A DNA stretch of 54,320 nt, taken from positions 10,842,595 to 10,896,914 of the forward strand of contig NC_057720.1 of NCBI RefSeq assembly GCF_004010195.1, given 5' to 3'. Positions 1 through 11,749 of this stretch are shown here, in pieces. The position numbers were made by a program, and so were the translations under genes. Position 1 is the stretch's first letter, and each line of letters starts with the position of its first letter. Below the pieces are notes generated by a model. That model was given only the letters and a program-made list of their open reading frames with translations. It was not told the origin of the DNA and ran no database searches. This stretch comes from Chiloscyllium plagiosum. Taxonomy: Eukaryota.

Positions 1-335
1 TGGATAGAGTCAAGCTTTTTCCCAGGGTGAAGGATTCAATAATGAGAGGTCATGCTTTCAAGGTGAGAGGTGGAAAGTTTAAGGGGGAATACACACAGCA
101 AGTACTTCACATAGAGGTTGGTGGGCGTTTGGAACGCGTTGCTAGCAAAGATGGTATTGGCAATCACGGTAGATTCATTTAAGATGCGTCTGGACAGATG
201 CATGAGTGGGTGGGGAGCAGAGCGATACAGATATTTAGGAATTGACCGACAAGTTTAGACAGTACATTTGGATTGGCTCAGGCTTGAAGGGCTGAAGGGA
301 CTGTTCCTGGGCTGTAAATTTTCTTTGTTCATTGT
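1..335 (+). mobile_element. 3' end of a CR1-type LINE
   Basis: Degenerate CR1 ORF2 C-terminus and 3' tail (gggctgaagggactgttcctgggctgtaa...ttgttc), similar to other LINE tails in the window. Confidence 0.7.
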
Positions 336-349
336 TCTTTTTTATGAGA

Positions 350-2435
350 GTTGAGAGTCAGTATGTACCCTTGAGTGAAGGGTAAGGCTGGTAGGAGTAG
401 AAAACAATGGATGAATAAAGATATTGAAGCTTTGGTCAAGAATAAGAAGGAAGCAGATGTTAGGTATAGACAACTGGGATGAAGTGAATCTCTTGAAAAG
501 CATAAGGGGTGTATGGGGCATTCTTAAGAGGTAAGTCAGGAGGGCAAAAACGAGGTATGAGATAGCCTTGGCAGATAAGATGAAGGATAATTCAAAGAGA
601 TTCTACAAGTACATGAAGAGTAAAACAGCAACTAGAGAGAGAATAAGATTCCTAAAAGGTCAACAAGATCATCTACATGTGGAACCACAGGAAATAGGAG
701 AGTTACTTAAATGCATATTTCACATCAATAACTATTGTGGAAAAAGACACGGAGGCAAGGAAATTTGTGGAAATAAATATCGATATCTTTAAAACAGTCC
801 ATATTACAGAGGAAGAGCTGCTGGAATTCTTAAAATAAACATAAAGAAGGATAAAACTCTAAGACCTGATCAAGGGTGTCCCAGACATTGTGGGAAGCTA
901 GGGGAAAAACTTGAGGGGCACCTATCATCTACAGCCACGGGTGAGGTGCCGGAGGACTGGAGGGTGGCTAATGTTGTACCTTTATTTAAGAAAGAGTGTA
1001 AGGAGAAGCCTGGGCACTACAAGAGTGCTGAGTTTAAGTTGCTGGAATGGTTTCAAAGAGATATGATTTACATGCATTCGGAGAGCCAAGGACTGATTAG
1101 GGACAGTCAGTGTGGCTTTGTGTCTGGCAAATTGTTAACTTGATTGAGATTTTTGAGGATGTGACCAAAAAGATAGATAAGGGCAAAGTGTTGAACATTG
1201 TCTCAGGGTTTTCAGTAAACCTTTGAAAAGGTTCCGTATTGTAGACTGGTTAGTAAAGTTTGATCACGTGGGATTCAGGGAGAGCCTGCCAATTGTATAC
1301 AAAATTGGCTCAAAGGGAGGAGAGAGAGGGTAGTGGTGGAGGGTTGCTATTCAAACTGAAAGCCTGTGACAAGCAGTGTTCCTCCAGGATCGGTGCCGGG
1401 TCCACTATTGTTTCTCATGTTTATAATCAATTTGGCTGAGAATTTAGGAGGCACGGTTCATGGATGACAGCAAAATTGGTGGTGTGGAGAAGAGTGAAGA
1501 GGGTTATCAAAGATTAGATTACTTACAGTGTGGAAACAGGCCCTTCGGCCCAACAAGTCCACACCGACCCGCCGAAGCGTATACCACCCAGACCCATACT
1601 CCTACATTTACCCCTTCACCTAACATTGCAGACAATTTAGCATGGTCAATTCACCTAACCCGCACATTTTTTGGATTGTGGGAGGAAACCGGAGCACCCG
1701 GAGGAAACCCACGCAGACACGGGGAGAACGTGCAAACTCCACACAGAGAGTCGCCTGAGGCGGGAATTGAACCCGGGTCTCTGGCGCTGTGAGGCAGCAG
1801 TGCTAACCACTGTGACACCGTGCCGCCCATTTCATTTGGGAGGTCATGTTGCAGCTGTACAGGACATTGGTTAGGCAACTGTTGGAACATTCATGCAATT
1901 CTGGTCTCCCTGATATTGGAAGGATATTGTGAAACTTCAAAAAGTTCAGAAAAGATTTACAAAAATGTTGCCAGGGTAGGAGGGTTTGAGCTATAAGGAG
2001 GGGCTGAATAGGCTGGGGCTCTTTACCCTGGAGCACCAGAGGCTGACGGGCTGACCTTACAGAGGTTTATAAAATTATGAGGGGCATGGACAGGGTAAAT
2101 AAAAGAGGTCTTTTCCCCAGAGCAGGGGAAACCAGAACTAGAGGACATAGACTTAGGGTGAGAGGGGAAAGATATGAAAGGGACCTAAGGGACAACTTTT
2201 TCACAGAGAATGATGCACGTATGGAATGAGATGCCAGAGAAAGTGGTGGAGGCTGGTACAATCACAACATTTAAAAGGCATCTGGATGCGTATATGAATA
2301 GGAAGGGTTTAGAGGAATATGAGTCAAGTGTTGGCAAATGGGACTAGATTAGTTTAGGATATCTGGTCAGCATGGATAAGTTGGATGGAAAGATTTGTTT
2401 CTGTGCTGTACATTTCTATAACTCTATGATTCTAT
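350..2435 (+). mobile_element. Decayed CR1-type LINE ORF2 (RT region to 3' tail), interrupted by a SINE
   Basis: Fragments PEDWRVANVVPLFKK, SQCGFV, DDSKIGG and an ELPEKVVEAG-like segment; many stops and frameshifts; (ctat)-rich tail near 2420. Confidence 0.85.
1510..1828 (-). mobile_element. HE1-like tRNA-derived V-SINE
   Basis: Reverse complement has tRNA A/B boxes, the V-domain (gtttgcacgttctccccgtgtctgcgtgggtttcctccggg) and a LINE-like tail ending in (taatc)n. Confidence 0.85.
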
Positions 2436-2939
2436 TTCAAAGGGGTCAATGGACTGAGGAATGGTAAATGGAGTTTATTTTGGATAAATGGGAAGGATTG
2501 CATTTTCGTAACTTATACAATTAATGGGAGTGTCCTGGGTAGCGTTGTTGAGCAGAGAGCTAGGTGTTCAGATACATAGTTCTTTGAAAGCTGTGTCACA
2601 GACAGACAGGGTGGTGAAGAAATTGAATTGGATTGAATTAGCTTTATTGTCATGTACACAAATGAGTACAGTGAAAAATTTACCATTGCTGCATTACAGC
2701 GCCATCTCAGGCATAAAAGTACCTCAGTCCAGATACTTAAGATCAAATACATTGGAAACAAAACAAAGGTAAGTAAAGATATAACTAGCCCAGCATTATA
2801 GATCAGAAAAATAAATTAGGAATATAAAGAAGTTAAAAGTTCAGAATATCAGTCGGAATGTTGCCGTGAGAGTGGTGATTTGTGAATGTCACCTTGTCAG
2901 GATGAAGAAGTGGAAGGAGACAGAGTGTAAGCAGCTCCA

Positions 2940-3262
2940 TAGTCACTAACTGTCCCCATTAACAGCTATTCACCCTCCCAGACAGATTGTTATCTACTCC
3001 TTTGTCTGTCCAATTGCTCTTCCCTCTCTATGGGCTCTATCCCCACCTATCGTTTATTCCTTACCCCCTCCCTCCATTCTATCTTCTGCATATAAACCGA
3101 CATTTTCCTAACTCCCACCAGTTCTGAGGAAGGGTCACCAGACACAAAAGGTTAACTTTGATTTCTCTTCAAAAATGATGCCAGACCTGCTGAGCTTTTT
3201 CAGAAACTTTTGTTTTTGTTTCTGATTTACAGCATCTGCAATTCTTTCGATTTTCATTTTGA
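2940..3262 (+). mobile_element. Short Penelope-derived element with degenerate hammerhead-like motif
   Basis: gttCTGAGGAagggtcaccagacacaaaaggttaac at 3121-3156, followed by the ccagacctgctgag...ttccag-type block shared with other copies. Confidence 0.5.
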
Positions 3263-3649
3263 ATCAAAAATAGGTCAGTTTAGCTAATATTGAGGGGCAA
3301 AAGCATGGAAGTAGGCCAGTTGTACATCATTAGGGGGGTTCAGAAATCACCACTTAAACCCTAAAGAGAAAATGCAAAATGTATTTCCCCAACCTTTTCA
3401 CCCTTGCCCACATGAATCAAAGGGGAAGAACATTTGGAGGTGGCTGAGTGATTCACACTGTTTCCTCACAGAACCCCAGGGACACAGATTCGATTCCAGC
3501 CTTCGGCCACTGTCTGTGTGGAGTCTGCACATTCGCCCCCTGTCTCTGTGGACTTCCTCCGGGTGGCATGGCTTTCTCCCTCAGTCCAAAGATGTGCAGG
3601 TTAGGTGGATTGGTGATGCTAAATTGCCCATCGTGTTCAGGAATGGTGT

Positions 3650-3952
3650 GGGCGGCATGGTGGCACAGTGGTTAGCACTGCTGCCTCACAGCGCCAGAGA
3701 CCCGGGTTCAATTCCCGACTGACTGTGTGGAGTTTGCACGTTCTCCCCGTGTCTGCGTGGGTTTCCTCCGGGTGCTCCGGTTTCCTCCCACAGTCCAAAG
3801 ATGTGCAGCTCAGGTGAATTGGCCATGCTAAATTGCCCGTAGTGTTAGGTAAGTGGTAAATGTAGGGGTATGGGTGGGTTGCGCTTCGGCGGGTCGGTGT
3901 GGACTTGTTGGGCCGAAGGGCCTGTTTCCACACTGTAATGTAATGTAATGTA
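3650..3952 (+). mobile_element. Young HE1-like V-SINE nested in an older SINE copy (~3440-4085)
   Basis: A box tggcacagtggtt, B box gggttcaattccc, V-domain and (tgtaa)4 tail; the flanks are two halves of a more diverged related SINE. Confidence 0.85.
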
Positions 3953-4209
3953 ACGAATGTGTCGGTTAGGTGGATTAGCCATGGAGAATGTGAAGGTTAA
4001 GGCGATGAGATGCGGGGGTGCGCTCCAAAGGGTCAATGCAAGGTTGACGGGCTAAATAGCCTCTATGTGCCCTGTAAGGGATTCAAAAACTCTGCCTACT
4101 AATGTGTTAATGTTATCTTTTGTAAGAATGTTCTCCATTATAGACTGCACAACAGTGAGACTTTTCAACTGCAAAACAGTTCTGCCATCAGAACTGAAGA
4201 ATAGCCAAC

Positions 4210-4315
4210 CTGGTTGCCTCAAATGTATCGCCAACAGCATAAAAGGGTGCCAGGTCATTGTATTCATCAAACACTCCCCACCGAAGGTGAGCCCATTCAT
4301 GGACTAATACACTAC
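4210..4315 (-). CDS. CLCA: CLCA gene A coding exon 4 (HExxH zinc-metalloprotease motif)
   Basis: (G)[34 protein letters not shown](R) contains the CLCA signature [16 protein letters not shown] acceptor at 4317-4316, GT donor at 4209-4208, 106 bp, phase matches exon 3. Confidence 0.95.
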
Positions 4316-4374
4316 CTGTAAAAATAGAAACATTCATGACAATAACACCTATTTCACTCAAAGCTAAATGATAA

Positions 4375-5080
4375 ATTTGGAATACTGTGTTCATTTCTTG
4401 CCTCCCTGCTTTCTGAAATGTGATGTGAAACTTAAAAAGGTTCAGCAAAGATTTCCAAGAATGTTGCCAGTGTTGGAGGGTTTGAGCTATCGGGAGAGGC
4501 TGAGTAGGCTGGGACTGTTTTCCCTGGAGCATCGGAGGCTGAGGGATGGATTCATAGAGGTTTATAAAATCATTAGGCACATTTACAAAGTTAAAAATCA
4601 CACAACCACCAGGTTACAGTGCAACAGGTTTATTTGGAAGCACTAGCTTTTGGAACACTGATCAAAAGCAGCACTCCGGAAGCAAGTGCTTCCAAATAAA
4701 CCTGTTGGGCTATAATGTGGTGTGTGATTTTTAACTTTGTACACCCTAGTCCAACTCTGGCACCTCCAATCATGAGGGGCATGATAGGGTAAATAGTCAA
4801 GGTCTTTTCCCCTAGGTGGGGGGTATCCAAAACTAGAGGGCATAGGTTTAAGATGAGAGGGAAAAGGCTTAAATGTAACGTAAGAGGCAACTTTTTCACA
4901 CAGAGTGTGATGTGCGTATGGAATGAGCTGCCAGAGGAAATGGTAGAGGCTGGTACAATTATAACATTGAAATTGCATCTGGACATGTGTATGAATAGGA
5001 AGGGTTTAGAGGGATATGAGCCAAACGCTGGCAAATGGGACAAGATTAATTTAGAATATCTGCACATCCCTATGACTCTA
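4375..5080 (+). mobile_element. CR1-type LINE 3' fragment, interrupted by a palindromic insertion (~4585-4767)
   Basis: LEYCVHF...[21 protein letters not shown] and GNFFTQSVMCVWNELPEE. Confidence 0.85.
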
Positions 5081-5212
5081 AATATGACTCAACAAAGTAA
5101 GGCTTTGATCAATTTCACCAAGCTAATAACAAATGCGAGTGTGTTTCCAGTGAAAGTGGAAGGGATTATAGTCAACTGCACAGATGGAAGGAATATCCTG
5201 TAAAGTTGTTAC

Positions 5213-5363
5213 CTCTTTCACCATAAACTTGGATCAGAGCGTCATCTCGCATGAAGTTTTGGGTAAAGTGAATGTACCGGCCCTTGTCACCACATTGGCC
5301 ATACTGCAGAGTGTATGGGTCATCTCCATACTGAGTATGTGGGTTAGCAATGATCACATTAGC
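5213..5363 (-). CDS. CLCA: CLCA gene A coding exon 3
   Basis: ANVIIANPHTQYGDDPYTLQYGQCGDKGRYIHFTQNFMRDDALIQVYGER(G); AG/GT flanks; 151 bp. Confidence 0.95.
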
Positions 5364-5931
5364 CTAGAAAAAGATAAATAGAGGAAATAACATCAGTGAA
5401 TAAGATCATCCACAAACTACTGTTAAATATAAACTGCAAAAGCATGGGTACAGAGACAGCAAAGTCAAAAAATAATTATATGTCAGAGAAAGCTGGACGG
5501 TCTATATTTGTTTGAAATTCTAAGGAAACAAAATACATTTTTATTAAATACTCCTTCTAAACACTGGACATACCTATGAATCATATAGAATGGTGTAGGT
5601 TAGATGGGCATCAGATTAATTTCACAGGTCAGCGCAATACCGAGGGCCAAAGGGCCTGTACTGAGCTGTAATGTTCTGTGTTCTATGTTCTATAAACCAA
5701 TGTGCATTGGGCCAGTCAGCAACGTCAAAGGTAAAGCAGAAAGTATTTTCTAAACACGGTCTTCGATCATTTGGTTAAATAAAATTAAGGACAGATCATT
5801 AGAGATGCAATTGCCAATTTTTCACAAAGTCAAGTATTAAAATATATTTAAGAGTAGATTAGCATGGCTAATAGACTGCCCCATGAAATAGGAAAAAAGT
5901 AATGTAACAATACCATTATTTCAGCTTTTAC

Positions 5932-6072
5932 CTTTTCATAAGACTGGGTGCTCGGTCTCTGATAGTGGGGCTGTGAACTCCAGGTGATGGGCAATAGGAT
6001 TTTCACATCTCGGAAATAAGCTCGATGTTTGGTGGCTTTGTACAAGAAGTTTGAAGCTGACCTCACCATTTC
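5932..6072 (-). CDS. CLCA: CLCA gene A coding exon 2
   Basis: EMVRSASNFLYKATKHRAYFRDVKILLPITWSSQPHYQRPSTQSYEK; AG/GT flanks; 141 bp, phase 0/0. Confidence 0.95.
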
Positions 6073-6361
6073 CTACAAGAAACACAGGTGTTGTGAAAGT
6101 TTTTAATCATTGTACTCTCACACAAAATTGGCAACAACTTCTTCAGCATATAAAATATTATTAATATATTTCATGGCCTTTAGCATTGACTTTGGGTAGG
6201 GGAAGAATGGTCGGCATTAATAAACTTATACTGCAACTTTTCTGTACAATCTGACATTGCAAAATGCTCTTTACACTCAACAAAGAATTGTAAAACAAAA
6301 TTTGGCCACGTAATGGAATGTTAGGAGATAATCTCAGGTTATAGTCCAATAGTTTTATTTA

Positions 6362-6616
6362 AGATGTGGAGGTGCCAGTGTTGGACAGGGGTGGTGAAAG
6401 TTAAAAATCACCCAACACCAGGTTATAGTCCAATTCATTTATTTGGAAGTACAAGCTTTCAGGACGCTGCTCTTTCATTAGATGAATTCTCTTCACCTGA
6501 TGAAGGAGCAGTGCTTCAAAAGCTTGTGATTTTAACTAAACCTGTTGGACTATAACCTGGAGTTGTGTGACTTCTGACTTTGTCTACCCCAGTCCAGCAC
6601 CGGCACCTCCATATCA
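6362..6616. mobile_element. Palindromic Penelope-derived short element with central hammerhead-like motif
   Basis: Inverted arms of ~120 bp centred near 6488; cacCTGATGAaggagcagtgcttcaaaagcttgtg near 6494-6529. Confidence 0.7.
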
Positions 6617-6827
6617 TATATAAATGAAAATTGTTTTTGTTCTGCACTCACACTCACAGTTCAGATCTGATACGTCAGCTCTGGGTGAAATTGGAAGGGG
6701 AACAGAACAGTCTCCTTTTACCATTTTAAAGGGAGATCAGCTCATTGTTACCCAGTATCATCAGTAAAGATTACCAAACTGACCCTTATTCCCGGTGTGG
6801 AAATTGTGGTAAATTACAATGTAAGAA

Positions 6828-7911
6828 TGATGTGGAGGAGCTGGTGTTGGACTGGGGTGGACAAAGTTAAAAATCACACAACACCAGGTTATTGAGCACG
6901 AGCTTTCGGAGCGTTGGTCTTTCATCAGGTGTTTGTGCAATATAACATCATAAGACACAGAATGTATAGCAAAACATTTCAGTGTGATGGAACTGAAATG
7001 ATATAGTAAATAAACCTGGATTGTTCATAATGCAACAACGCAAAGTGGCCGTGCTGAGGCTGAGAGCCAAGTTCATTAACCATGACGATGGCCTCAACTG
7101 GGGCCTTGGGTTCATGTTACACTACAGGTGACCCCACTCCACTGTATACTCTCTCATAAACACACTTAGACACTTACACACGAACACAGATCCTCTCTCA
7201 TATACACACTCACTCTCGTATACACACACACACACAATCTTCTCTCATACACACACTCTCTCTCATATACACACACACCACACACGTCCACACACACATT
7301 CTCTCACAAGCCTTTCCTCCATCACACCCAAACACACACTTTACCAAGCTTTCACAACACAAGCTCTCTGATGTGCACTCACACACACACATGCACACTC
7401 TCATGCACACGCACACACATATAAGACTATGGGGTGAATTTGTATTTGCAGAAGTATATTTGCAGATATGTTCTATTTTGCTCAAAAAATGGACTGTCAA
7501 TCCATGTAATATTTTGTAAATTCCACTTTGGAAATACAACCAATCTGACTCAAGATTGGGATACAGACAGACTCTGACCTCACACCTTTAATGCATTGTC
7601 TGAGCTGTGATGTTACCACTTGTTATAAAATCTTAAGCTATCTCGAGAAGGTGACTTAAAAGAAGTTCTGGGATTATACATATTAATGAACCGAAACCTG
7701 CAATCCATTCCAAAAAGATGAAAGACTTAACAAACAATCCAGGTTTATTCAATATATCATTCTAGTTGCATCACACTGAAATCTTTTGCTGTCCATTCTA
7801 TGTCTTATGATCTTATACTCCACAATCACATGATGAAGGAGCAGCATTCCAAAAGTTAGTGCTTCCAAATAAATCTGTGGGACTGTAACCTGGTGTTATG
7901 TGATTTTTAAT
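6828..7911 (+). mobile_element. 5'-truncated Penelope-like element with inverted 5' arm and CA-rich 3' UTR
   Basis: Direct repeat aatgtaagaa at 6818-6827 and 7912-7921; 6828-7025 is an inverted copy of the 3' end; 7030-7131 resembles a decayed GIY-YIG C-terminus (QQRKVA...GLNWGLGFMLHYR*); degenerate hammerhead near 7827-7862. Confidence 0.65.
7140..7420. repeat. Imperfect (CA)n/(CT)n low-complexity tract
   Basis: Seen directly in the sequence. Confidence 0.9.
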
Positions 7912-7914
7912 AAT

Positions 7915-8322
7915 GTAAGAAGGCATTTGGAACATTTGTCTTTCTTGGTCAATGCATTGAGTATAGGAGTTGGAAGGTCATGTTTCAGCTGTACAGGACA
8001 TTGGTTAGGCTACTTTTGGAATACTGCATGCAATTCTGGTCTCCCTGCTATAGGAAGGATGTTGTGATACTTGAAAGGGCTCAGAAAAGATTTACAAGAA
8101 TGTTGCCAGAGTTCAAGAGTTTGAGCTATAGGGAGAGGCTGAATAGGCTGGGGCTGATTTCCCTGGAGCATCGGAGACTGAGGGGTAACATTATAGAAGT
8201 TTATACAATTATGAGGGGAATAGATAGGGTAAATAGACAGGGTCATTTCCCTGGGGTGATGGAGACCAAAACTAGAAGGCACAGGTTTAAGGTGACAGGG
8301 GAAAGATTTAAAAGGATCTAAG
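7915..8322 (+). mobile_element. CR1-type LINE 3' ORF2 fragment
   Basis: ORF 7980-8321: LYRTLVRLLLEYCMQFWSP...[17 protein letters not shown]. Confidence 0.85.
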
Positions 8323-9224
8323 GGGTGGCAACACAGCAGTGCTCTTCTGACTGATTGGGGGTTTAGATGATCACATGCCAGGAGTTAAAGTAAAAGGAAA
8401 AGTCACCTTACCTCATAGTGCTACTCCCGCAATAGAGAAAGATGATGACTGGTGAGTTTAACTTGAGGGTCACGAGGCCACAGGTGAGGGCAGAGATTGA
8501 GAAAGTTGGACCTTCGTGGTAACCTGAGCCAATATGGGAATTGACCTTGCAGTGTTGTTCTAGTAACAAGCCTGTGCACAGTTAAGAAATGTTTTGCCAA
8601 AATGTGACTACACTGTGTGAGTTTAAAAAGCTCTCTCTCCCCTTGGAGAGGAATGTGTAATCCAAGGGGCTGCACTGAAGGTCCACCTGTCCTACTTGGT
8701 AAACCATCAGGAGACTACGGTCTTCCCAAGTCACACGCGATTAAAGATTTTGATCGGGCAAATCCAGATAAATCATTTTCTCTGGTGGGAGAATCCAGAA
8801 CCAGAGGTCAGAACCTTCTAGAAAATTGGAGCTAAGATATTCATGTTTGATGCATGAAACACCTCTTTACACAGAGGAACTCTCCCCCTTCAAAAAGCTA
8901 TTGATGGCGAGGGTCAATTGAAACTGTTAAAATAGAGACTGATAGGTTATTGTTTAGTGAGGAGATTACTGGCTACAAGGTGGGTAGATCAAACTAAACC
9001 ACAGACCCAGCCAGAGAGTAACTGGGTGTGATGACAGGATTGAGACAGCTTAATGTTGGACGTTTCTGTAACACACAAGCCCATGGATAGCCACAAAAGA
9101 ACGCTCATCAAATGTCAGATTGTTAAAGAATTCCCTTTCGATTGCTTAACCTACAGTATCAATGCTGAATAAAACTACTAAACACAGTCAGTGATTGCAA
9201 TAGGGATTCAGCTACTGGTCCTAC

Positions 9225-9386
9225 CTGAATCTTTGTAAGGAGCATTGGATCCTCTGGTATTCCAGGGTTAATAGCAATGACGACATTTTCGTAACCATTA
9301 TTCACCAGTTTCACATCAGAACAGCTTACACCATGTACACAAACCAAGCACACAAGGGAGAGGAGAAATATCTTGATAGATTTCAT
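9225..9386 (-). CDS. CLCA: CLCA gene A coding exon 1 (signal peptide)
   Basis: MKSIKIFLLSLVCLVCVHGVSCSDVKLVNNGYENVVIAINPGIPEDPMLLTKIQ|GTAGG; hydrophobic leader plus the CLCA LxNNGYxxxVIAI motif; 162 bp. Confidence 0.95.
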
Positions 9387-9440
9387 TTTTGAAATCCAAC
9401 CAGAGCACCCTTTAGTCCCAGACCTACGAACTTACTGCAA

Positions 9441-9446
9441 TTTATA
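9441..9446 (-). promoter_or_regulatory. Candidate TATA box, CLCA gene A
   Basis: TATAAA on the minus strand ~55 nt upstream of the ATG, conserved in gene B (35746-35751). Confidence 0.55.
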
Positions 9447-9878
9447 TTGATCTGCATCAAAGCACTTTTGGTCAACTCATATCTGATTACTCATATCTGA
9501 TCCTGTATAATAAGGAAATCACATTCAGCAGTTCTTCAACAGCTTAATAAACTACATATCTGTAGATGAGTGATATCAGAGCTGTGGACGGGATCTTATA
9601 GTTTGTGGAAATCATAGGAATCAATCACAAACTTCCTTTGATGTATGCAATAACTCTCAGAGGCTCGGACCTCCTGCAACATTGACTTTTGTTTTACTGT
9701 AAATACAAAGGGAAAAATTCTTTAACTTCCCTAAGTGGAATATTCCGGTTACTGGAGGGCACAAATTGATTTAGAGGCCCAGACTAACTTGCAAAGTACA
9801 TAATAGGCAGTTCATCATCTCTGAACCTTCTCTTGAACAATGTTTGACTCAAAGCACCTGGATGTACTGCAGATAAGT

Positions 9879-10077
9879 CAGGGTTTCGGACGTTTCGGAC
9901 GTTTCGGACATTCCTGATGAAACGTCCTGACGTTTCATCAGGAATGTTCCTGATGAAGGCCCTTTGGCCGAAACGTCGATTTTCCTGCTTCTCTGATCTG
10001 CCTGACCTGCTGTGCTTTTCCAGAACCACTCTGATCTAATCTCTGGTTTCCAGCATCCGCAGCCCTCACTTTTGCCT
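9879..10077 (+). mobile_element. Short Penelope-derived insertion with 11-bp TSD
   Basis: tgcagataagt duplicated at 9868-9878 and 10078-10088; empty site in the paralogue at ~36878-36888. Confidence 0.85.
9947..9980 (+). ncRNA. Minimal hammerhead ribozyme-like motif
   Basis: tc-CTGATGA-a-GGCC-cttt-GGCC-GAAA-cg-TC-ga: intact core boxes and 4-bp stem II; stem I very short. Confidence 0.55.
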
Positions 10078-11749
10078 TGCAGATAAGTAATACATGTTTT
10101 CCTCCACACCTTTTCCAATTATTGATCAGGAAATATGAAGTCCCATGAGTAATAATTTGTAAGGAATAACATAAAAAGCAATGACTTCCAGAACAAGCTT
10201 GGAAAATGCGTTCGCACTTACAATTGCAATGTAAACCAATTGGCTTCTACAGAAAGCAGCTAAAGTAATTTAGGTCCCTGGAAAAAGTTTAAGAAATTAT
10301 TTTCCTCTGCATTGAGTGAGGCAACATATTAAAACACATTGAACAAAACCAAATTTCTTCTTTTTCTCTGAGCTATAAACTAGGAAATGGAAGTTGCACG
10401 CTACTGTGTTGGTAAAATACTGAGAGAGTTCTTACAACCCAAAGATCAACTGGGGTTCTGTGGTACACACTTTAATTAAACAAGATTTAGTTATGTTTGC
10501 ATGTAGTGAGCTGGATACTTTAGGAGACACAGCAGCACCATGAATCTCTGAATATAACATAGCTGCAGTGTAGAAGGTTTAAGTTCCAGACGGAATAGTG
10601 CGTGCAGTTCTTGTTGCCACGCAACCGGAAGGATGTGATTGTACTGCGGAGGAGATTCACCAGGAAGCTGCCGGGGTTGAAACTTCTCCATTACGATGGG
10701 CGACTGGATAGGCTGGGTTTGCTTCCCTCAGACAGAGGAGGCAGGGTTGGAGGGGGCAGACTGATATATACAAACTTATGACAATCACAAGTAGAACCTA
10801 GTCCCCAGGGCATACATGTCTAAGATCAGAGGGCATAAGTTTAAGGTGAGGAGTAAGTGGCTGAGAAGCAATCAGATGTAAAATGCTTTTAGCTAGACAG
10901 TGGTAGAAATATAGAATGGCCTGTTTGAGGGGTTGGTGAAGGAAGGTGCTCTCACAACATTCATGAGGCATCTAAACGAGCACTTAAAATGCTAGGGCAC
11001 AGTAGGCTATGGATCAAGTTCAAGTAAATGGGATTAGTGTAGTGTGGCATTTATTTGTCAGCATTGACAAGATGGGCCGAAGGGCTTGTTTCTATGCTGT
11101 ATGACAAACTATGATAATAGCCTTTTGCACCGGCTTAAGATGAAGGTTCATAATCCTGCAAGAAAGTGCATTGAGACACATCCAGAAGCCTGTAAATAAC
11201 AAATGACGAAAAGACATCCCACAGACTCTCGAGAAGGAATTCCAAAACAAAAAAAGACCGAGGTCCACTTGATCAGCTACCAATCAAACATCGACCACTG
11301 CTCGGCCACAATGTCATGTCATTATTACTAAGAATCAAAGGAAGTGTGAGAAACAACTCATCCTACTTGTTTGGTCTGGCACTTTTGTGATGCAGTGTCC
11401 CTACCTCTGAACCAGGAGACCCAAGTTCAAGTCCCGCCTGCTCCAAAGGATGTGTAATAATATCTTGGTACAGGTTGATTAGAAAATACCTACCCTTGTA
11501 GTTTAGGGATTGATCTATAGATTTTTGTTTTCCTTCTGTGTTTTGTCACCTATAATATTTCTGTTAAGCTGTCTGTCTTTGTTCGTCTTATTGATGAATG
11601 AGTGTGTGGAGCTTCGGGATTTAAGAAATATAATTTAAGCTGCAAACCCGTGTACTTTTGTTGTCATTTATTAAAGAGTACGTTTGCTTGCTTGCAATAA
11701 ACAGTGATCTCCTTGTTCATGACAAAGCCTGCTGTGAATTACACTTACA

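Noticed and set aside
1651..1890. Recurrent small ORFs such as WLALLPHSARDPGSIP and CGRKPEHPEETHADTGRTCKLH
   Set aside because: Chance translations of the HE1-like SINE; recurrence reflects repeat copies.
3650..3720. tRNA-like A/B boxes (also ~1760-1828, ~14140-14207, ~29860-29923)
   Set aside because: These are SINE heads followed by the V-domain and a LINE-like tail, not tRNA genes.
1..4209. Search for CLCA gene A exon 5 (Cys-rich)
   Set aside because: Only repeat-derived sequence was recognised; the exon presumably lies left of the window.
7210..7539. Cys/Val-rich ORF
   Set aside because: Translation of a (TG)n microsatellite.
9879..9947. Short repeats and palindrome resembling a CRISPR or terminator structure
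   Set aside because: Eukaryotic context, no spacers or cas genes; the structure lies inside a TSD-bounded retro-insertion.
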